Assembly (NCBI GenBank): GCA_951406725.2
Contig: OX597826.1
Location: 13,082,001-13,146,000, forward strand
DNA: 64,000 nt
Direction: 5' to 3'
DNA from: Octopus vulgaris
Lineage: Eukaryota
The notes beneath the pieces are model-generated. The model was not told the origin of the DNA, did not search any database, and worked only from the letters and a program-made list of their open reading frames with translations. The position numbers and the translations under genes were made by a program. Position 1 is the first letter of the stretch. Each line of letters begins with the position of its first letter. This document shows, one piece after another, positions 24,028 to 38,240 of the stretch.

Positions 24028-27000
24028 TACACGAAGCTACTGTCCACCGTCCCAGGGTCTCTAGAGCCCATGCCTTCCACACCCTCAGGGTTGGCACCCT
24101 CAACGTTGGCACTCTGAAAGGTAGGTCTGGTGAGATAGTCGAGATGCTTGAACGGAGATGTGTGGATATATGTTGCATGCAAGAAATAAGGTGGAGAGGA
24201 GGATCAGCTAGGTTCCTCACAGGCAAGGAACGCAGGTACAAGATTTTCTGGGCAGGGAACACTGACGGGGTTGGTGGCGTGGGTATACTTATCGCTGAGA
24301 AATGGGTAGATAAAGTAATTGAGGTAATCAGAGTAAGTGACAGAATACTTAAGATTAGATTAGTGCTTCATCATAGTTTAGCAACCATTATATCAGCCTA
24401 TGCTCCTCAGTCGGGGCTACCCGATGGACAGAAAGACCGATTCTATGACACTCTACTGCAGACTACCTCATTGACGAACGACAGAGACCTTATCTTTGTG
24501 GCTGGTGACTTCAATGGTCACGTTGGACGACATGCTGGGGGCTTCCATGGCGTACATGGAGGCTATGGCTATGGCTCCCGCAACGAGGAGGGAACCAGGC
24601 TGCTGGAGTTCTGCGATGCAAATAATCTTATGATTTGCAACACTAACTTCAGGAAACCTACCAGCCACCTAGTCACTTACCAATCGGGCCAACATACCAG
24701 CCAAATTGACTACATCCTTACAAGGCAAAGGGAGAGATGGCTGCTTATAAATGCCAAAACCTTCCCAGGTGAAGAATGTACCCCACAACATAGACTGGTA
24801 GTTAGTGACTTTAGGATCAGGACTAGGAGGACAACCAGAAGACGACAAATATGGAGAAGAAGGATCTGGAAGCTTAAAGATCCTGCAAATGGACAGAGAT
24901 TTAGGGACATATTACTTGAAGCCTCTGACGAAGTAGAAGGGGATAGAGCATCACAGGGGGTAGAAGACAGCTGGACGTTTCTAAGGGACAACCTGCTGAG
25001 AGCCACTGACCAGATCTGTGGCTGGTGCAAAGTCCCCTCTCGACCTAGAATAACGTGGTGGTGGAACAACATTGTAGACAGGGCTATTAGAGAAAAGAGA
25101 CAGGCTTGGAAGGTCTGGAAAAATGGGGGTAGCAGGGGAATTGTATCAGACTGCCAAAAGAGAAGCTAGGAGACAGGTTTATTTAGCCAGAGGGGAAGCA
25201 GATAAGAAAAAATTTGCCAATGTTCTGCGCCGTGAGGACCAAAAACTGGAGGTGTTTCGTGTTGCAAGACAGTGTGTGAGAGAGAATCGTGATGTGGTAG
25301 GAGAGAAGTGTGTTCGCATGGAAGATGGTTCACTTGCGCTAAATGAGGATGCAAAGAGAGAGGTTTGGAGATGCCACTATGAAAGGTTGCTGAATGAAGA
25401 AAATGAATGGGATAAAGAGAGTCTGCCGAATGTTGACCCAACAGAGGGACCAGCTATCCGAGTTGATAGTTCTGTGGTAGCTAAGGCAATTAGAAGCATG
25501 AAGACAGGGAAAGCCCCAGGCCCATCAGGAATCACTGCAGAGATGCTCAAAATGTCTGGTAGTGTCGGCTATAGCCTAGTCACCCATATAGTTAATCAGG
25601 TGATACACAAAGGGGTCATACCCAATGACTGGTGTAGCAGTATAATAGTCAACTGCTACAAAGGTAAAGGTGATGCCCTAGATACAAACAACTACAGAGG
25701 TATCAAGCTGTTGGACCAGGTGATGAAGGTTACGGAGAGGGTCATAGCCCAACTAATTAGAGAGAGAGTTAGTTTAGATGAGATGCAGTTTGGGTTTGTG
25801 CCAGGGAAAAGTACTACTGATGCTATATTCCTGGTAAGGCAGCTGCAGGAGAAATACCTAGCCAAAGATAAGCCCCTGTACCTGGCTTTTGTTGACATGG
25901 AGAAAGCCTTCGACAGGGTCCCCCGATCCCTTATCTGGTGGGCAATGAGAAAACTAGGGATAGATGAATGGTTAGTGAGAGCTGTGCGGGCCATGTATAG
26001 GGACGCCGCTAGTAGGGTGAGGGTTGGAAATAAGTACAGTGAAGAATTCCGGGTAGAGGTAGGGGTCCACCAAGGCTCAGTACTCAGCCCCCTCCTATTT
26101 ATCATAGTCCTCCAGGCAATAACGGAGGAATTCAAGACAGGATGCCCTTGGGAGCTCCTCTATGCTGATGACCTTGCTCTAATTGCTGAGTCGCTATCAG
26201 AACTGGAGGAGAAGTTTCAGGTGTGGAAACAAGGATTAGAATCGAAGGGCCTCAGAGTCAATCTAGCTAAAACCAAAGTCGTAATCAGTAGGAAGGTAGA
26301 CAAATCACAAACACCTTCAGGTAGATGGCCCTGCTCGATCTGTAGAAAAGGTGTAGGTAGAAACTCTATAAGATGCACCAAGTGTAAGCTATGGACACAT
26401 AAGAGGTGCAGCAATGTCAAAGGAAGGCTAACTAGGAAGATGGTTTTTGTATGTGGCAGATGCGTCAGGAACAATAAACACTGAAAATGCTCTGAGACCA
26501 ACTTCTGTCACTTTCCAGGGAGAAAAACTAGAAATAGTTGATAGTTTCCGTTACCTAGGTGACCAAGTCAGCAGCGGGGGCGGGTGTGCTGAAAGTGTAA
26601 CTGCTAGAGTAAGAATAGCTTGGGCAAAGTTCAGAGAGCTCTTACCTCTGCTGGTGACAAAAGGCCTCTCGCACAGAGTGAAAGGCAGACTGTATGATGC
26701 GTGTGTACGAACAGCCATGCTACATGGCAGTGAAACATGGGCCGTGACTGCTGAGGATATGCGTAAGCTCGCTAGAAATGAAGCCAGTATGCTCCGATGG
26801 ATGTGTAATGCCAGTACTCACACTCGGCAGAGTGTAAGTACCTTGAGAGAAAAGCTGGACCTAAGAAGCATCAGTTGTGGTGTGCAAGAGAGACGTTTGC
26901 GCTGGTATGGTCATGTGGCGAGAATGGATGAAGATAGTTGTGTGAAAAAGTGCCACACCCTAGCGGTTGAGGGAACCTGTGGAAGAGGCAGACCCAGGAA

Positions 27001-27728
27001 AACCTGGGACGAGGTGGTGAAGCACGACCTTCGAACTTTAGGTCTCACCGAGGAAATGACTAGAGACCGAGACCTCTGGAAGTGTGCTGTGCGCGAGAAG
27101 ACCCGGCAGGACAAGTGAGTCCACAACCCGTGGCCTTCTACATGGGATGGAGCCAGCCTACGTATGCATACCTTCCCTTCTTGGGACACAAAACTCTACT
27201 TGTGAAGACGTGTTGAGGCAAGTGAGGATCAGAATCGAAATCGATCAATGGAAATTGTGGATGTGCTACCAGTGCCGGTGGCATGTCGAAACTCTGCTTG
27301 TGAAGACCCATTGAGGCAAGTGAGGATCAGAATCGAAATCGATCAATGGAAATCGATCAATGGAAATTGCAGATGTGTTACCAGTGCCGGTGGCATGTAA
27401 GAGAACCTTCCGTTTCGCGACCGTTGCCAGCACCGCCCCGTTTCGTGTTCGTTGCCAGCCTCGCCTGGCCCTCGTGCCGGTGGCACATAAAAAACACCAT
27501 CCGTTCGTGGCCGTTTGCCAGCTCTGGCTGGCACCAGTGCGGGTGGCACGTAAAAAGCACCCACTACACTCACGGAGTGGTTGGCGTTAGGAAGGGCATC
27601 CAGCCGTAGAAACACTGCCAGATTTGACTGGGCCTGATGAAGCCTTCTGGCTTCACAGACCCCAGCAGAACCGTCCAACCCATGCTAGCATGGAAAACGG
27701 ACGCTAAATGATGATGATGATGATGATG

Positions 27729-27730
<2 letters not shown>
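24026..27730 (+). mobile_element. RTE-clade LINE, 5'-truncated but nearly complete
   Basis: APE endonuclease ([23 protein letters not shown]), RT (KAPGP, QFGF, AFD, HQGS, YADD, FRYLG), RGRPRKTW C-terminus, 3' UTR, (GAT)n tail. Confidence 0.97.
24027..27118 (+). pseudogene. RTE endonuclease/RT ORF with two +1 frameshifts
   Basis: ORFs 24144-25169, 25123-26484 and 26447-27118 join if one G is removed from GGGG 25135-25138 and one at 26464; frame open from 24027. Confidence 0.9.
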
Positions 27731-28050
<320 letters not shown>

Positions 28051-29269
28051 AATGTGTGTGCGTGTACACATACCAAATGTAGTCAAAGTGTAGCTTATGA
28101 ACCCCCATGCTGTTATTTGACATTTAATGTATGGCTTGCAGAAATATGATGTCTGAGATGCTTTCTGTTTGTCTTATATTTTTTTATAAAACAGAAAATA
28201 AATAAAGTAAAAAAAAAAAAGTAGTTCACATCTGTAACTCTTTCTCACTTTTCTATCTCAGATTCGTTCTTAAATTACCTAAATAAGTCTTTACATTTTT
28301 CAAAGAGTTCAAGTTTTATAATTATTTACTGAACGAAATGTCATTTAAGAGTTATGCCCTTCGTTAAATTTAATTATTACACTCGATAAAAAGAAAGAAG
28401 TTTTGAGGAATTTAATCCTTCCTAATACCAACCTACTCAAGACCCTGGTTCCATGATACAGTTTTCTCATTTTAAAGAGATTTAAATTAAAACCTTTCAT
28501 TAATATTTCATGTTAATTTATGTTCCTAGTTCCAGCTCAGTATTGGTTTCAAATTCTGGCACAAGGCCAGCAACTTCAAAGGAGGGAGTAAGTCGATACA
28601 TCTTCCTCAACTGGTATTTATTTTATCGACCCCAAAAGGAAAGAAGGCAAAGCTAACCATGGCAGAATTTAAACTCAGAACATAGAGATGGATGAAATGC
28701 CACTATGCATTCGGCCTTAATAATAATATAAGTGGTTTCAAATTTTGGCACAAGGCCAGCAACTTCGGGGCAAGGGAGTAATTTGGTTACATCAGTCTCA
28801 GTACTCAACTAGTATTTATTTTCGCTTGACTGGCCCTCGTGCTGGTGGCACGTAAAAGCACCCACTACACTCTCGGAGTGGTTGGCATTAGGAAGGGCAT
28901 CCAGCTGTAGAAACTCTGCCAGATCAAGATTGGAGCCTGGTGCAGCCATCTGGTTCGCCAGCCCTCTGTCAAAATCATCCAACCCATGCCAGCATGGAAA
29001 GCGGACATTAAACGATGATGATGATGGTGGTGAAAGGATGAAAAGCAAAGTTGACCTCAGTAGAATTTGAACTCAGGAAGTTAAGATGGATGAAATTTCG
29101 CTAAGCATTTGCTTGTCATGCTAACGATTCTGCCATCTCACTGCCTTACTCCAGCTTAAAATTGACAAAGTTATTTTACTAAATTCTTCATTATTTCAAA
29201 ATGAATTTAATCAACAACTGTATTTCAACAGAAATATGGTAAAAACTAGGTTAGATATATTTAGATAGT

Positions 29270-29742
29270 TTGGCACGTAAAAAGCACCAACCGATCGTGG
29301 CCATTGCCAGCCTACCCTGGCACCTAAAAAGTACCACCTGTATGTGGCCGATGCCAGCACCACCTTGACTGGCTTCCGTGTTGGTGGCATGTGGAAAGCA
29401 CCAACCGATCGTGGCCGTTGCCAGCCTCCTCTGGCACGTAAAAGGCACCATCTGTATATGGTTGATGCCAGCACCACCTTGACTGGCTTCCGTGCCGGTG
29501 GCATGTGGAAAGCACCAACCGATCGTCGCCGTTGCCAGCCTCCTTTGGCACCTGTGCCGGTGGCACGTAAAAAGCACCCACTACACTCACGGAATGGTTG
29601 CCATTAGGAAGGGCATCCAGCTGTAGAAAAACTGCCAGATCGGACTGGAGCCTGGTGCAGCCTCCTGGCTTCCCAGACCCCAGTCGAACCGTCTAACCCA
29701 TGCTAGCATGGAAAACGGACATTAAACGATGATGATGATGAT
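29270..29742 (+). mobile_element. RTE 3' UTR copy with tandem UTR units
   Basis: repeated ggcacgtaaaaagcacc units, (GAT)n tail. Confidence 0.85.
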
Positions 29743-30685
29743 ATCTTAAGGTACTTAATTATTCATTAAAATTTCTTAATTTTTGTTCCAAATGCCAGCT
29801 TAAAATTGACAAAGTTATTCTTCTAAATTCTTCAGTATTTTCAAAATTACTCTAATTGATGGCAGTGTATTTCAACAGAAATATGGTAACAATTGGGTTA
29901 AATATATTTGAAAGCTATATCTTAAGGTTCTCAAATATTCAAATTTTAAATTCTTAACATCGTGTGCTGATCATTTACATTTTTCTAAAATTGCATCATC
30001 TTAGATTTTATTTTGCTTCTCAGATTTTCCTTTGTATTTCTTAATAAAGTAAATGATAGCATGATGCTTGCCTTTCTGCTCCGCCTTTTTTGCGAGTGAC
30101 TGGGAGTGACATCTGAAATGTTTAACATGTTGATCTTACATTATGTAAATCTGACCACATCTGGTTTATACTAATGTGTAGGGGGAGCTTCTATATGGTT
30201 ACATGTCCTGCCAGAAGTAACAACCAGATTACCCTCAGATCACACACTAACACCTTGAAAATACAAAAAAGAAAGGTTGGGGAAGGATTCTTGGATGATG
30301 TAGCCTGGAGTATACTACACTTAGACCAAAACAAAATGAAAGGCAGGAGGGTCCTGGTTGGAATGCCCTTCCTAATATACCCACTCAATCAGCACCAGTT
30401 TGAGGCTAAATAACAACTAATCTATTTCTCAAGTCAAAATGTGCCTCCACATGGTTTTCATATCTGTAATATAATTAAGAGCCAAATCTCATTTAAATTT
30501 TACTATACTGTCCTTATCAGTGTTGGTATGACTATGTGATTAAGAAGCTTACTTCCAAACCGCTTGGTCAGGAGTTCACTTCCACTGCATGGCATCTTAT
30601 TTCTTATTTCCTATTTCTTTATTGCCCACAAGGGGCTAAACATAGAGGGGACAAACAAGGACAGATAAACGGATTTAGTCGATTA

Positions 30686-30972
30686 TGTTTTCACGCTGAG
30701 AGTTGCTGAAGCATGGAACAAACTGCCGGCATCAGTTGTTAGTTGTCGGAGCACTGCATCCTTCAAAACTTCAATGCTTCCTGAGATTCGCCAACACTAC
30801 ACCTGATTTTCTCCCCTCCATACACATGCAAGCATGTATCTGACTCATACACTGTTCACTTTCCAGACATTTGTACATTATTGCATATACTTTATATGCA
30901 CTTTTGACGAGTTGTGGTGCACCTGAGCATTGTATACAATAATTTCATCATCATTATTATTATTATTATTAT
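30686..30972 (+). mobile_element. CR1-like LINE 3' end
   Basis: FTLRVAEAWNKLPASVVSCRSTASFK...*, 3' UTR, (ATT)n tail. Confidence 0.75.
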
Positions 30973-31146
30973 TACATATGTGTTTAATCATGTATTCACA
31001 TTGTACTGTATAAAACAGTATTGGTGAGTTCAGCCATGTATTCATATCAAACTTTATACTAAAATATAGTGTTTAATCATATTCATATATTGTACTAATA
31101 TATAGATATGTTTAGTTATGTATTATTGGTCAAATTGCTTCTCCAG

Positions 31147-31231
31147 GTGTGTCATGCTGGTAGGAATGCCTTATCCAAATATAAATTCACCTGAACTGAA
31201 GGAAAAAATGGAATACCTTAATGCCAATTAT
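31147..31231 (+). CDS. DDX11: DDX11 exon 12
   Basis: ctccag|...|gtatgt; (R)CVMLVGMPYPNINSPELKEKMEYLNANY. Confidence 0.97.
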
Positions 31232-31486
31232 GTATGTATACAGTTCTCTTTTGCTTTTGAAGTATTGGGCATGTGTGAGTGTGTTTGTGTTAATATGCAT
31301 GTGCACATGCATGCTTCTTTTGAAGAGAAAGAGTAGGAAAAAGTGTGTGAGTGAGAGAGATGAACTTTGTGTTAATAGTGGTAGGGAAGAAGGAGTGACT
31401 ACATATGAGACAAACAGAATGAGACAGAGCATGTGTGCATTCATCTATAAAACATGTTGACATGAAATGAGAAATTCTATTTACTA

Positions 31487-31822
31487 CTAGCCTATGACCC
31501 GGCAATGCCGGATTATAGTGCTAGTGCATGCATATACAGCTACGTGCATTCGCACATACACAGTAGTACTGTCAAAATCTCTGACCAATCACATATACAG
31601 CTAGCTGGCATTCAATTGACGTATCAAGTTTCAGGCATTTTGATTGGGTTTTGGATAGAAGATTCACAAAAATGTCACTTCTGGGGAAATGTAAAGATGT
31701 GCACGACTACCTTTGGACGGTTTTGAATGACCATAGAAAGTGCGAGCCCTCTAACTGAAAAAATGTGGATTTGTATAAAGGACACACACACATACAGACA
31801 TTTTGCCGTTTATATATATAGA
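31487..31822 (-). mobile_element. non-autonomous Helitron
   Basis: minus strand TCTATATATATAAA...ccggcattgccgg hairpin...CTAG. Confidence 0.8.
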
Positions 31823-32552
31823 TATATATATAACATTCTATGCTGGATGTTGTTATTACTTTTTAGCCCAAGGAAAACATCTTTTCCGGCTGGCTACCGA
31901 CACATAATCTGTGTCTGTAAACTATGAGCAAGGGAGTCTACCACTCCCTTTCTAGCCATAGCGTTATCTGTAACCCAATGGTTTCTGGGTAATTTTCCTT
32001 CCTCAGTACAGAGCAACTGCTGGCTTGAGACAGCAGTCATTCACTCTTGCTCATAGTATATACTTTCAAAGCGACACACAGTCACTGATCTCTTAAAGAG
32101 AAAAACAACTAGTTTTAAATCTCTGAGCAAGAAATATGTAGTAACACTACCGTACTATAAAGTCTATTTGTCAATGCAGCGTAGCAGTCCTACACAGGAC
32201 AATGTTACTACATTTTAGCCCCAGGAAAACATCTTCTCCAGCTAGCTACCAACATATGATCTGTGTCCACATACTGTGTGCATGGGAGTTTACCACACCC
32301 TTTCTAACTGTAGCAATACCTGTAGACCAATGGTTTCTGGGTAATTTCCCTTCTTCAGTTCAGGACAACCACTGGATAGAGATAGCAGTCACTCATATAT
32401 ATATATGACGAACTTCTTTCAGTTTCTGTCTACCGAATCCACTTTCAAAGTTTTGGTTGGCCCAAGGCTATAATAAAAGAAACTTGCCCAAGCTAAGGTG
32501 TCACACAGTGGGAGAGAACCTGGAACCATGTAGTTGGGGAGCAAGCTTCTTT

Positions 32553-33983
32553 ATTTCTTTTAAATTGCCATGAAGGCATTACACAGAGGGGGACACTACA
32601 ACACATGTAGGGACATATAACAATTAAGAATATAAAAATAAAATATGATATAATGAATGACACATGAAAACGAACATGAAGAACAAATTAAAATATGATA
32701 ATATGAATGATATCTGAAAATGATATTATGAAGGGTTTGCTACTCACCCCACACTGAGTAACACCACTCGCTGCCTCTGGGTCCTAAGTCCCTTTTCTCC
32801 TTCAGTCCAATCCTTTTTCCCCTTTCTCCATTACTTAGTGACAACATTTCCTTTGCCATGCATTCGTAACCTTTTTCACCGGGAGGAAGGGGTCTTCTAA
32901 ATTTTGTGGTGTCTGTTCTTTTTCTTTTTTTTTCCTTGTGGAGAAATGGGATGGGTGGGTTGGGTGTCTGTATGGGGAGGGTGGGTTGGTTTTGGACTGG
33001 GGTACCACATCATACTCAGTGCCTTTTCTGTTTTTTCCCCTTTCTCCTTCTGCTCTGTAACCTTTCATTCTTCTTCTTTTTCCTCTGTCTGTCTTTTCTT
33101 CCTCTCTTTTCTCTTCCATCTCCACAACTGTATCCTCAGTCATTGTCCTTCGTAGAGGGCAGTATGCTCTAATGTGGCCCTTTCGGCCACATTTAAAACA
33201 ACGTGGTACTCTGCCCTCTACCAACACCTTCTGCACGATTTCCCCCAACGTCACCGCCTCTGCCAAGTTCTCCAGTTGACCATTCTCCATCTGAATAATT
33301 AGTTCAAGTGTCTTTCCTGTCCACTCTCCTTCTTCTGTTTCTGTGGCTTGGAGGACAGCCTTCTTCTCTCTTCCAACAAGGACAGCTGCCGCTACATAAG
33401 CCCCTTCTATATCTGGTGGAATTGCTTCTACCCTCACCTTAGAAGTCTTTCTTCCAAGGCATGTGGGCAGAAGCACTACTTCCTCTGTTTTCACCACCAC
33501 ACTCACCAGCCTCCTCGCCTCCTCTACTGTCCTAAATTAGATGACCATTGCCTCATATTTTCTTCCTTTGGTTATGTACATTATCTCCTGTGTTTGTTCC
33601 CTCAGCGCCTTTTCCACTTTTGCCTCCACCTGTTCTGCCTTTTTTCCTTTCAACAAGTATACCTTATAGGTGATTGTTTTCTTCTCCATCCTTTCCATAA
33701 TTCCTTTTTGGAGTGACAACTTCACATCACCACCCACCTTCTGAGCCATTTTCTTGTACTCCTTCAGACCAGGCAAGTCCAGCTCCCTCCGCTTCACCTC
33801 CGTAGCTTCAGCAAAACTCCTTGTCTTCAACACTCCAGCCATCTGTATAACCGCCCTTACCAGCTCCTCCTCTGGCAACAACAACTCAGGCCCATCAAGG
33901 TCTAAGAACATCTTCTAAGCAACACAAAAAACTACGTCCGACTCTTACAAAATCCAGGCAGCAAATAACCCAACGCATGCGTG
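32553..33983 (-). mobile_element. ORF1-only L1/Tx1-like element
   Basis: ORFs 33911-33537 and 33506-32835 share one frame with a single stop (about 358 codons), CCHC knuckle VEGRVPRCFKCGRKGHIRAYC; no ORF2; flanking repeat agcaagcttctt. Confidence 0.75.
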
Positions 33984-33997
33984 GAAGCAAGCTTCTT

Positions 33998-34647
33998 ATT
34001 TCTTTACTGCCCACAAGGAGCTACACACTGAGGGGACAAACAAGGACAGACAAATAGATTTAGTCGATTATATCGACCCCTGTGCGTAACTGGTACTTAT
34101 TTAATCGACCCCGAAAGTATGAAAGGCAAAGTCGACCTCGGCGGAATTTAAACTCAGAACGTAACGGCAGCCAAAATACCTATTTCTTTACTACCCACAA
34201 GGGGCTAAACACAGAGGGTACAAACAAACGGATTAAGTTGATTATATCACCCCCAGTGCATAATTGGTACTTATTTAAGGCGGCGAGCTGGTAGAAGCGT
34301 TAATACGCCAGGTGATAATGCTTAACGGTATTTCGTCTGCTGCTACGTTCTGAGTTCAAATTCCAACGAGGTCAATTTGCCTTTCATCCTTTCAGGGTCG
34401 ATAAATTAAGTACCAGTTGTGCACTGAGGTCGATGTAATCGACTTAATCCGTTTGTCTGTCCTTGTTTGTCCCCTCTATGTTTAGCCCCTTCTGGGTAGT
34501 AAAGAAATAGGTACTTATTTAATCGACACCGAAAGGATGAAAGGCAAAGTTGACCTTGGGGGAATTTTGAACTCAGAACGTAGCGGCAGATGAAATTCTG
34601 CTAAGCATTTCGCCCGGCACACTAATGTTTCTGCCAGCTCACCGTCT
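33998..34647 (-). mobile_element. SINE family A dimer with a nested + strand copy (34278-34508)
   Basis: nested copy has TSD ggtacttattta. Confidence 0.85.
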
Positions 34648-34864
34648 TCTTACCACACTGCCATGCCCGCACTTATGTTAATAAAAAAAAAAGTTGATGG
34701 CTGAAACACTTGATCAATCAAGGTTGACCTTGAACTAAACACCAACACTATATTAATGGGGATTTAGATTCACTCACTCTCTCCCTTCCTCTCTCTCTCT
34801 CTCTCTGCCCCTCTCCCTCTTCTCTTTTGTCGTATATTATTACTCCTGTTTTCTACTTCACACA

Positions 34865-35482
34865 ATATGCTGTGCTGCAGAAGACTCGGCAATCGCAAGT
34901 GTGACCATAACCTTGTGGCCTATGCTAGGGGTGTAACCAGTCCACTTATGCGTGCCTTTTCTTCATTGGACACTAAACTCTGCTTGCGAAGACCAGTTGA
35001 GGCAAGTGAAATCGAAGTCAAAATCAAACTCAGTGACTGGCATCCGTTGCTAGTGGAGCACTAAAAGTACCATACAAGTGAGATCGTTGCCAGAGCAACA
35101 AGCTGGCCTTCGTGCTGATGGCACTTTTAAGCACACCATTAGAGTGTGATCGTTACCGCATCGCCTTACAAGCACTTGTGCTGGTGGCACCTGAAACATT
35201 CGAGCGAGGTCGTCACCAGTGCCGCTGGACTGGCTCCTGTGCAGGTGGCACATAAAAAGCACCATTTGGGCGTGGCTGTTGCCAGTACCACCAAACTGAC
35301 CCTCGTGCCGGTGGCACGTAAAAGCACCCACTACACTCTCGGAGTGGTTGGCGTTAGGAAGGGCATCCAGCCGTAGAAACTCTACCAGATCACATTGGAG
35401 TCTGGGTCGCCAGACCTCAGTCAAATCGTCCAACCCATGCTAGCATGGAAAGTGGATGTTATGATGATGATGATGATGATGA
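34865..35482 (+). mobile_element. 5'-truncated RTE (ORF end plus 3' UTR)
   Basis: aligns to 27080-27730. Confidence 0.85.
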
Positions 35483-35558
35483 TTATTCTGTCTTGATTTC
35501 ATATATCTGTTCAAGTTTTTCCAGAATTAACGGTCAAGGTTTTTTTATATTTCTAAAC

Positions 35559-35834
35559 CGGTGGTCCTCAGCTGGGGTCCATATAAGGTTTTGTTGTTAA
35601 AATTGGCAATAAATTGGTTTTATTTCTACAATATGCAAATATTTAAACAAATTTTACTTTATAAGAGCAGGAGTGACTGTGTGGTAAGTAGCTTGCTTAC
35701 CAACCACATGGTTCCGGGTTCAGTCCCACTGCGTGGCACCTTGGGCAAGTGTCTTCTACTATAGCCTAGGGCTGACCAAAGCCTTGTAAGTGGATTTGGT
35801 AGACGGAAACTGAAAGAAGCTTGTCGTATATATG

Positions 35835-35871
<37 letters not shown>

Positions 35872-36226
35872 ATGTTTGTGTATCTGTGTTTGTCCCCCCA
35901 ACATCGCTTGACAACCGATGGTGGTGTGTTTACGTCCCCGTCGCCTACCGGTTCGGCAAAAGAGACTGACAGAATAAGTACTAGGATTGCAAAGAATAAG
36001 TCCTGGGGTCAATTTGCTCGACTAAAGGCGGTGCTCCAGCATGGCCACAGTCAAATGACTGAAACAAATAAAAGATAAGAATAAAGGATATACAATACGT
36101 AATAACATTTAACTATAAATATATTTGGGATTTTTGAAAAAGAAAACTTTAAGTGTCTATTAGGGTCCAGTATAGTAAAATAGGAATTTTGGGCGTCCAC
36201 AGGCAAAAAAGGGTAGAGAACCACTT
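35559..36226. mobile_element. hAT-like MITE interrupted by SINE B (35667-36080)
   Basis: c(g/a)gtggt(c/t)ctc / gagaaccact termini, imperfect 8-bp TSD. Confidence 0.55.
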
Positions 36227-37175
36227 TCCTAACCTAATGACCAACCAAAAACCCCAGTTCATGGGCCACAAACTGTATCAACCCCTACCCAAAACCTCAT
36301 CAACCACCCTCTTAATTTTCTGAAATTCTATCTTGTTTTGCAAGCCCTGCAACCTTATTCTAAGCCTTGTGTTTCGTATAGGATATTGCCTTTCCCTCTC
36401 CCCTCCTCTCTCTCACACACGCACACACGTTTCTTGCTGGGGGATCTATCTCTACCATCTGTTATACAATCTCAATTTAAATATTCCACCCCACTTTTTT
36501 CCCCCTCTATTTTTTTTGTTTTTGTAACTCATCTGTGTCTGTTGCTGTCACCACAACCACCACAACCACCACCACTGCCTCTACCATTACCACCATTTCA
36601 TTTAGTTTCTTTTCGGGTTTTTTTTTAATGTTCAGTCTCTCCCTCTTTCAAACCCTTGCAAGTATTCTGTCATTTTATCAGAGAGAGAGAGAGAGAGAGA
36701 AGCGTGACTTTGCTTACTACTTCAGTGAAAGCGGCCTGTGTTGGAGATATATCTATGATTGTTATGAACTGCAAACAAGGAGCAGATGATAAACATCTGT
36801 GAAGGCTAGAAACTAGAAACCCAATGACACTCTTTTGTCACTCTTACCATCAGATATGCAAGGAAAGTATAATTGGTCCCTTAGAACCAACAACAGAGTC
36901 ATTCACCAAAGAAAAGGCACACTCATCTCTGACTCATGTGAGACGGCATAACTTGAGCTGGTGCCACAATAAACACCCCGTTCCCTTTTTATTGTTTTGG
37001 TGGTCTGGTAAATTCAACATGTTAGGTTTAATATTACCACTGAGTCAAAGAAGAAGCTTCTGTGTGGTTATTTGAAACTGGCATTTTGTCAGTTCCAATG
37101 AGAAGGATCCCAGTTGATCGGATCAACGGAACAGCCTGAAATAAACATGTAGGAGGCTGAACACTCCACAGACAC

Positions 37176-37555
37176 TCTTTTACTTGTTTCAGTCATTTGA
37201 CTGCGGCCATGTTGGAGCACCGCCTTTAGTCAAGCAAATCGACCCCGGGACTTATTCTTTTGTAAGCCCAGTACTTATTCTATCGGTCTCTTTTGCCGAA
37301 CCGCTAAGTTACGGGGACATAAACACACCAGCATCGGTTGTCAAGCGATGTTGGGGGGACAAACACAGACACACTTATATATATAAATACATATATACAA
37401 CAGGCTTCTTTCAGTTTCCATCTACCAAATCCACTCACAAGGCTTAGGTCGGCCCGAGGTTATAACAGAAGACACTTGCCCAAGATGCCATGCGGTGGGA
37501 CTGAACCCGGAACCATGTGGTTGGTAAGCAAGCTACTTACCACACAGCCACTCCT
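37176..37555 (-). mobile_element. SINE family B
   Basis: full-length reverse copy. Confidence 0.85.
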
Positions 37556-37844
37556 ATATATATATATACACACATTTAAATGTAAATATATTCAACATGC
37601 ACATATGTGTGTGTAGTAGTCCTTGGAGAGATTCAGCATGACACAGAATGTGACATGGTCGCCCCTTTGAATAACAGATGCAACTTATTTTTGCCAGCTG
37701 AGTGGACTAGAGCAACGTGAAATAAAGTGTCTTGCTCAAGTATACAGTGCACTGCTGGAAATCGAACTTATGACTTTACAATCCTGAGCTGAATACACTA
37801 ACCAGCTAGAAACAGTCACCAAATTTCCCTCTCTGCATTATATA

Positions 37845-38240
37845 TTTCTTTACTACACACAAGGGGCCAAACACAGAGGGGACAAGCAAGGACAGACATA
37901 GGTATTAAGTCGATTACATCGACCACAGTGCGTAACTGGTACTTAATTTATCGACTCCGAAAGGATGAAAGGCAAAGTCGACCATGGCAGAATTTGAACT
38001 CAGAACGTAATGGCAGACGAAATACCTATTTCTTTATTACCCACAAGGGGCTAAACACAGAGGGGACAAACAAGGACAGAAAAAGGGATTAAGTCAATTA
38101 CATTGACCCCAGTGCGTAACTGGTACTTATTTAATCGACTCCGAGAGGATGAAAGGTAAAGCCGACCTTGGAGGAATTTGAACTCAGAACGTAGCGGCAT
38201 TTCGCCCGGTGTGCGAATGGTTCTGCCTGCTCGCCGCCCT
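37845..38240 (-). mobile_element. SINE family A dimer
   Basis: same monomer junction as other dimers. Confidence 0.85.

Noticed and set aside
27634-27660. CTGATGA plus hairpin in the RTE UTR as a hammerhead
   Set aside because: No GAAA after the stem; other copies read ctggtgca.
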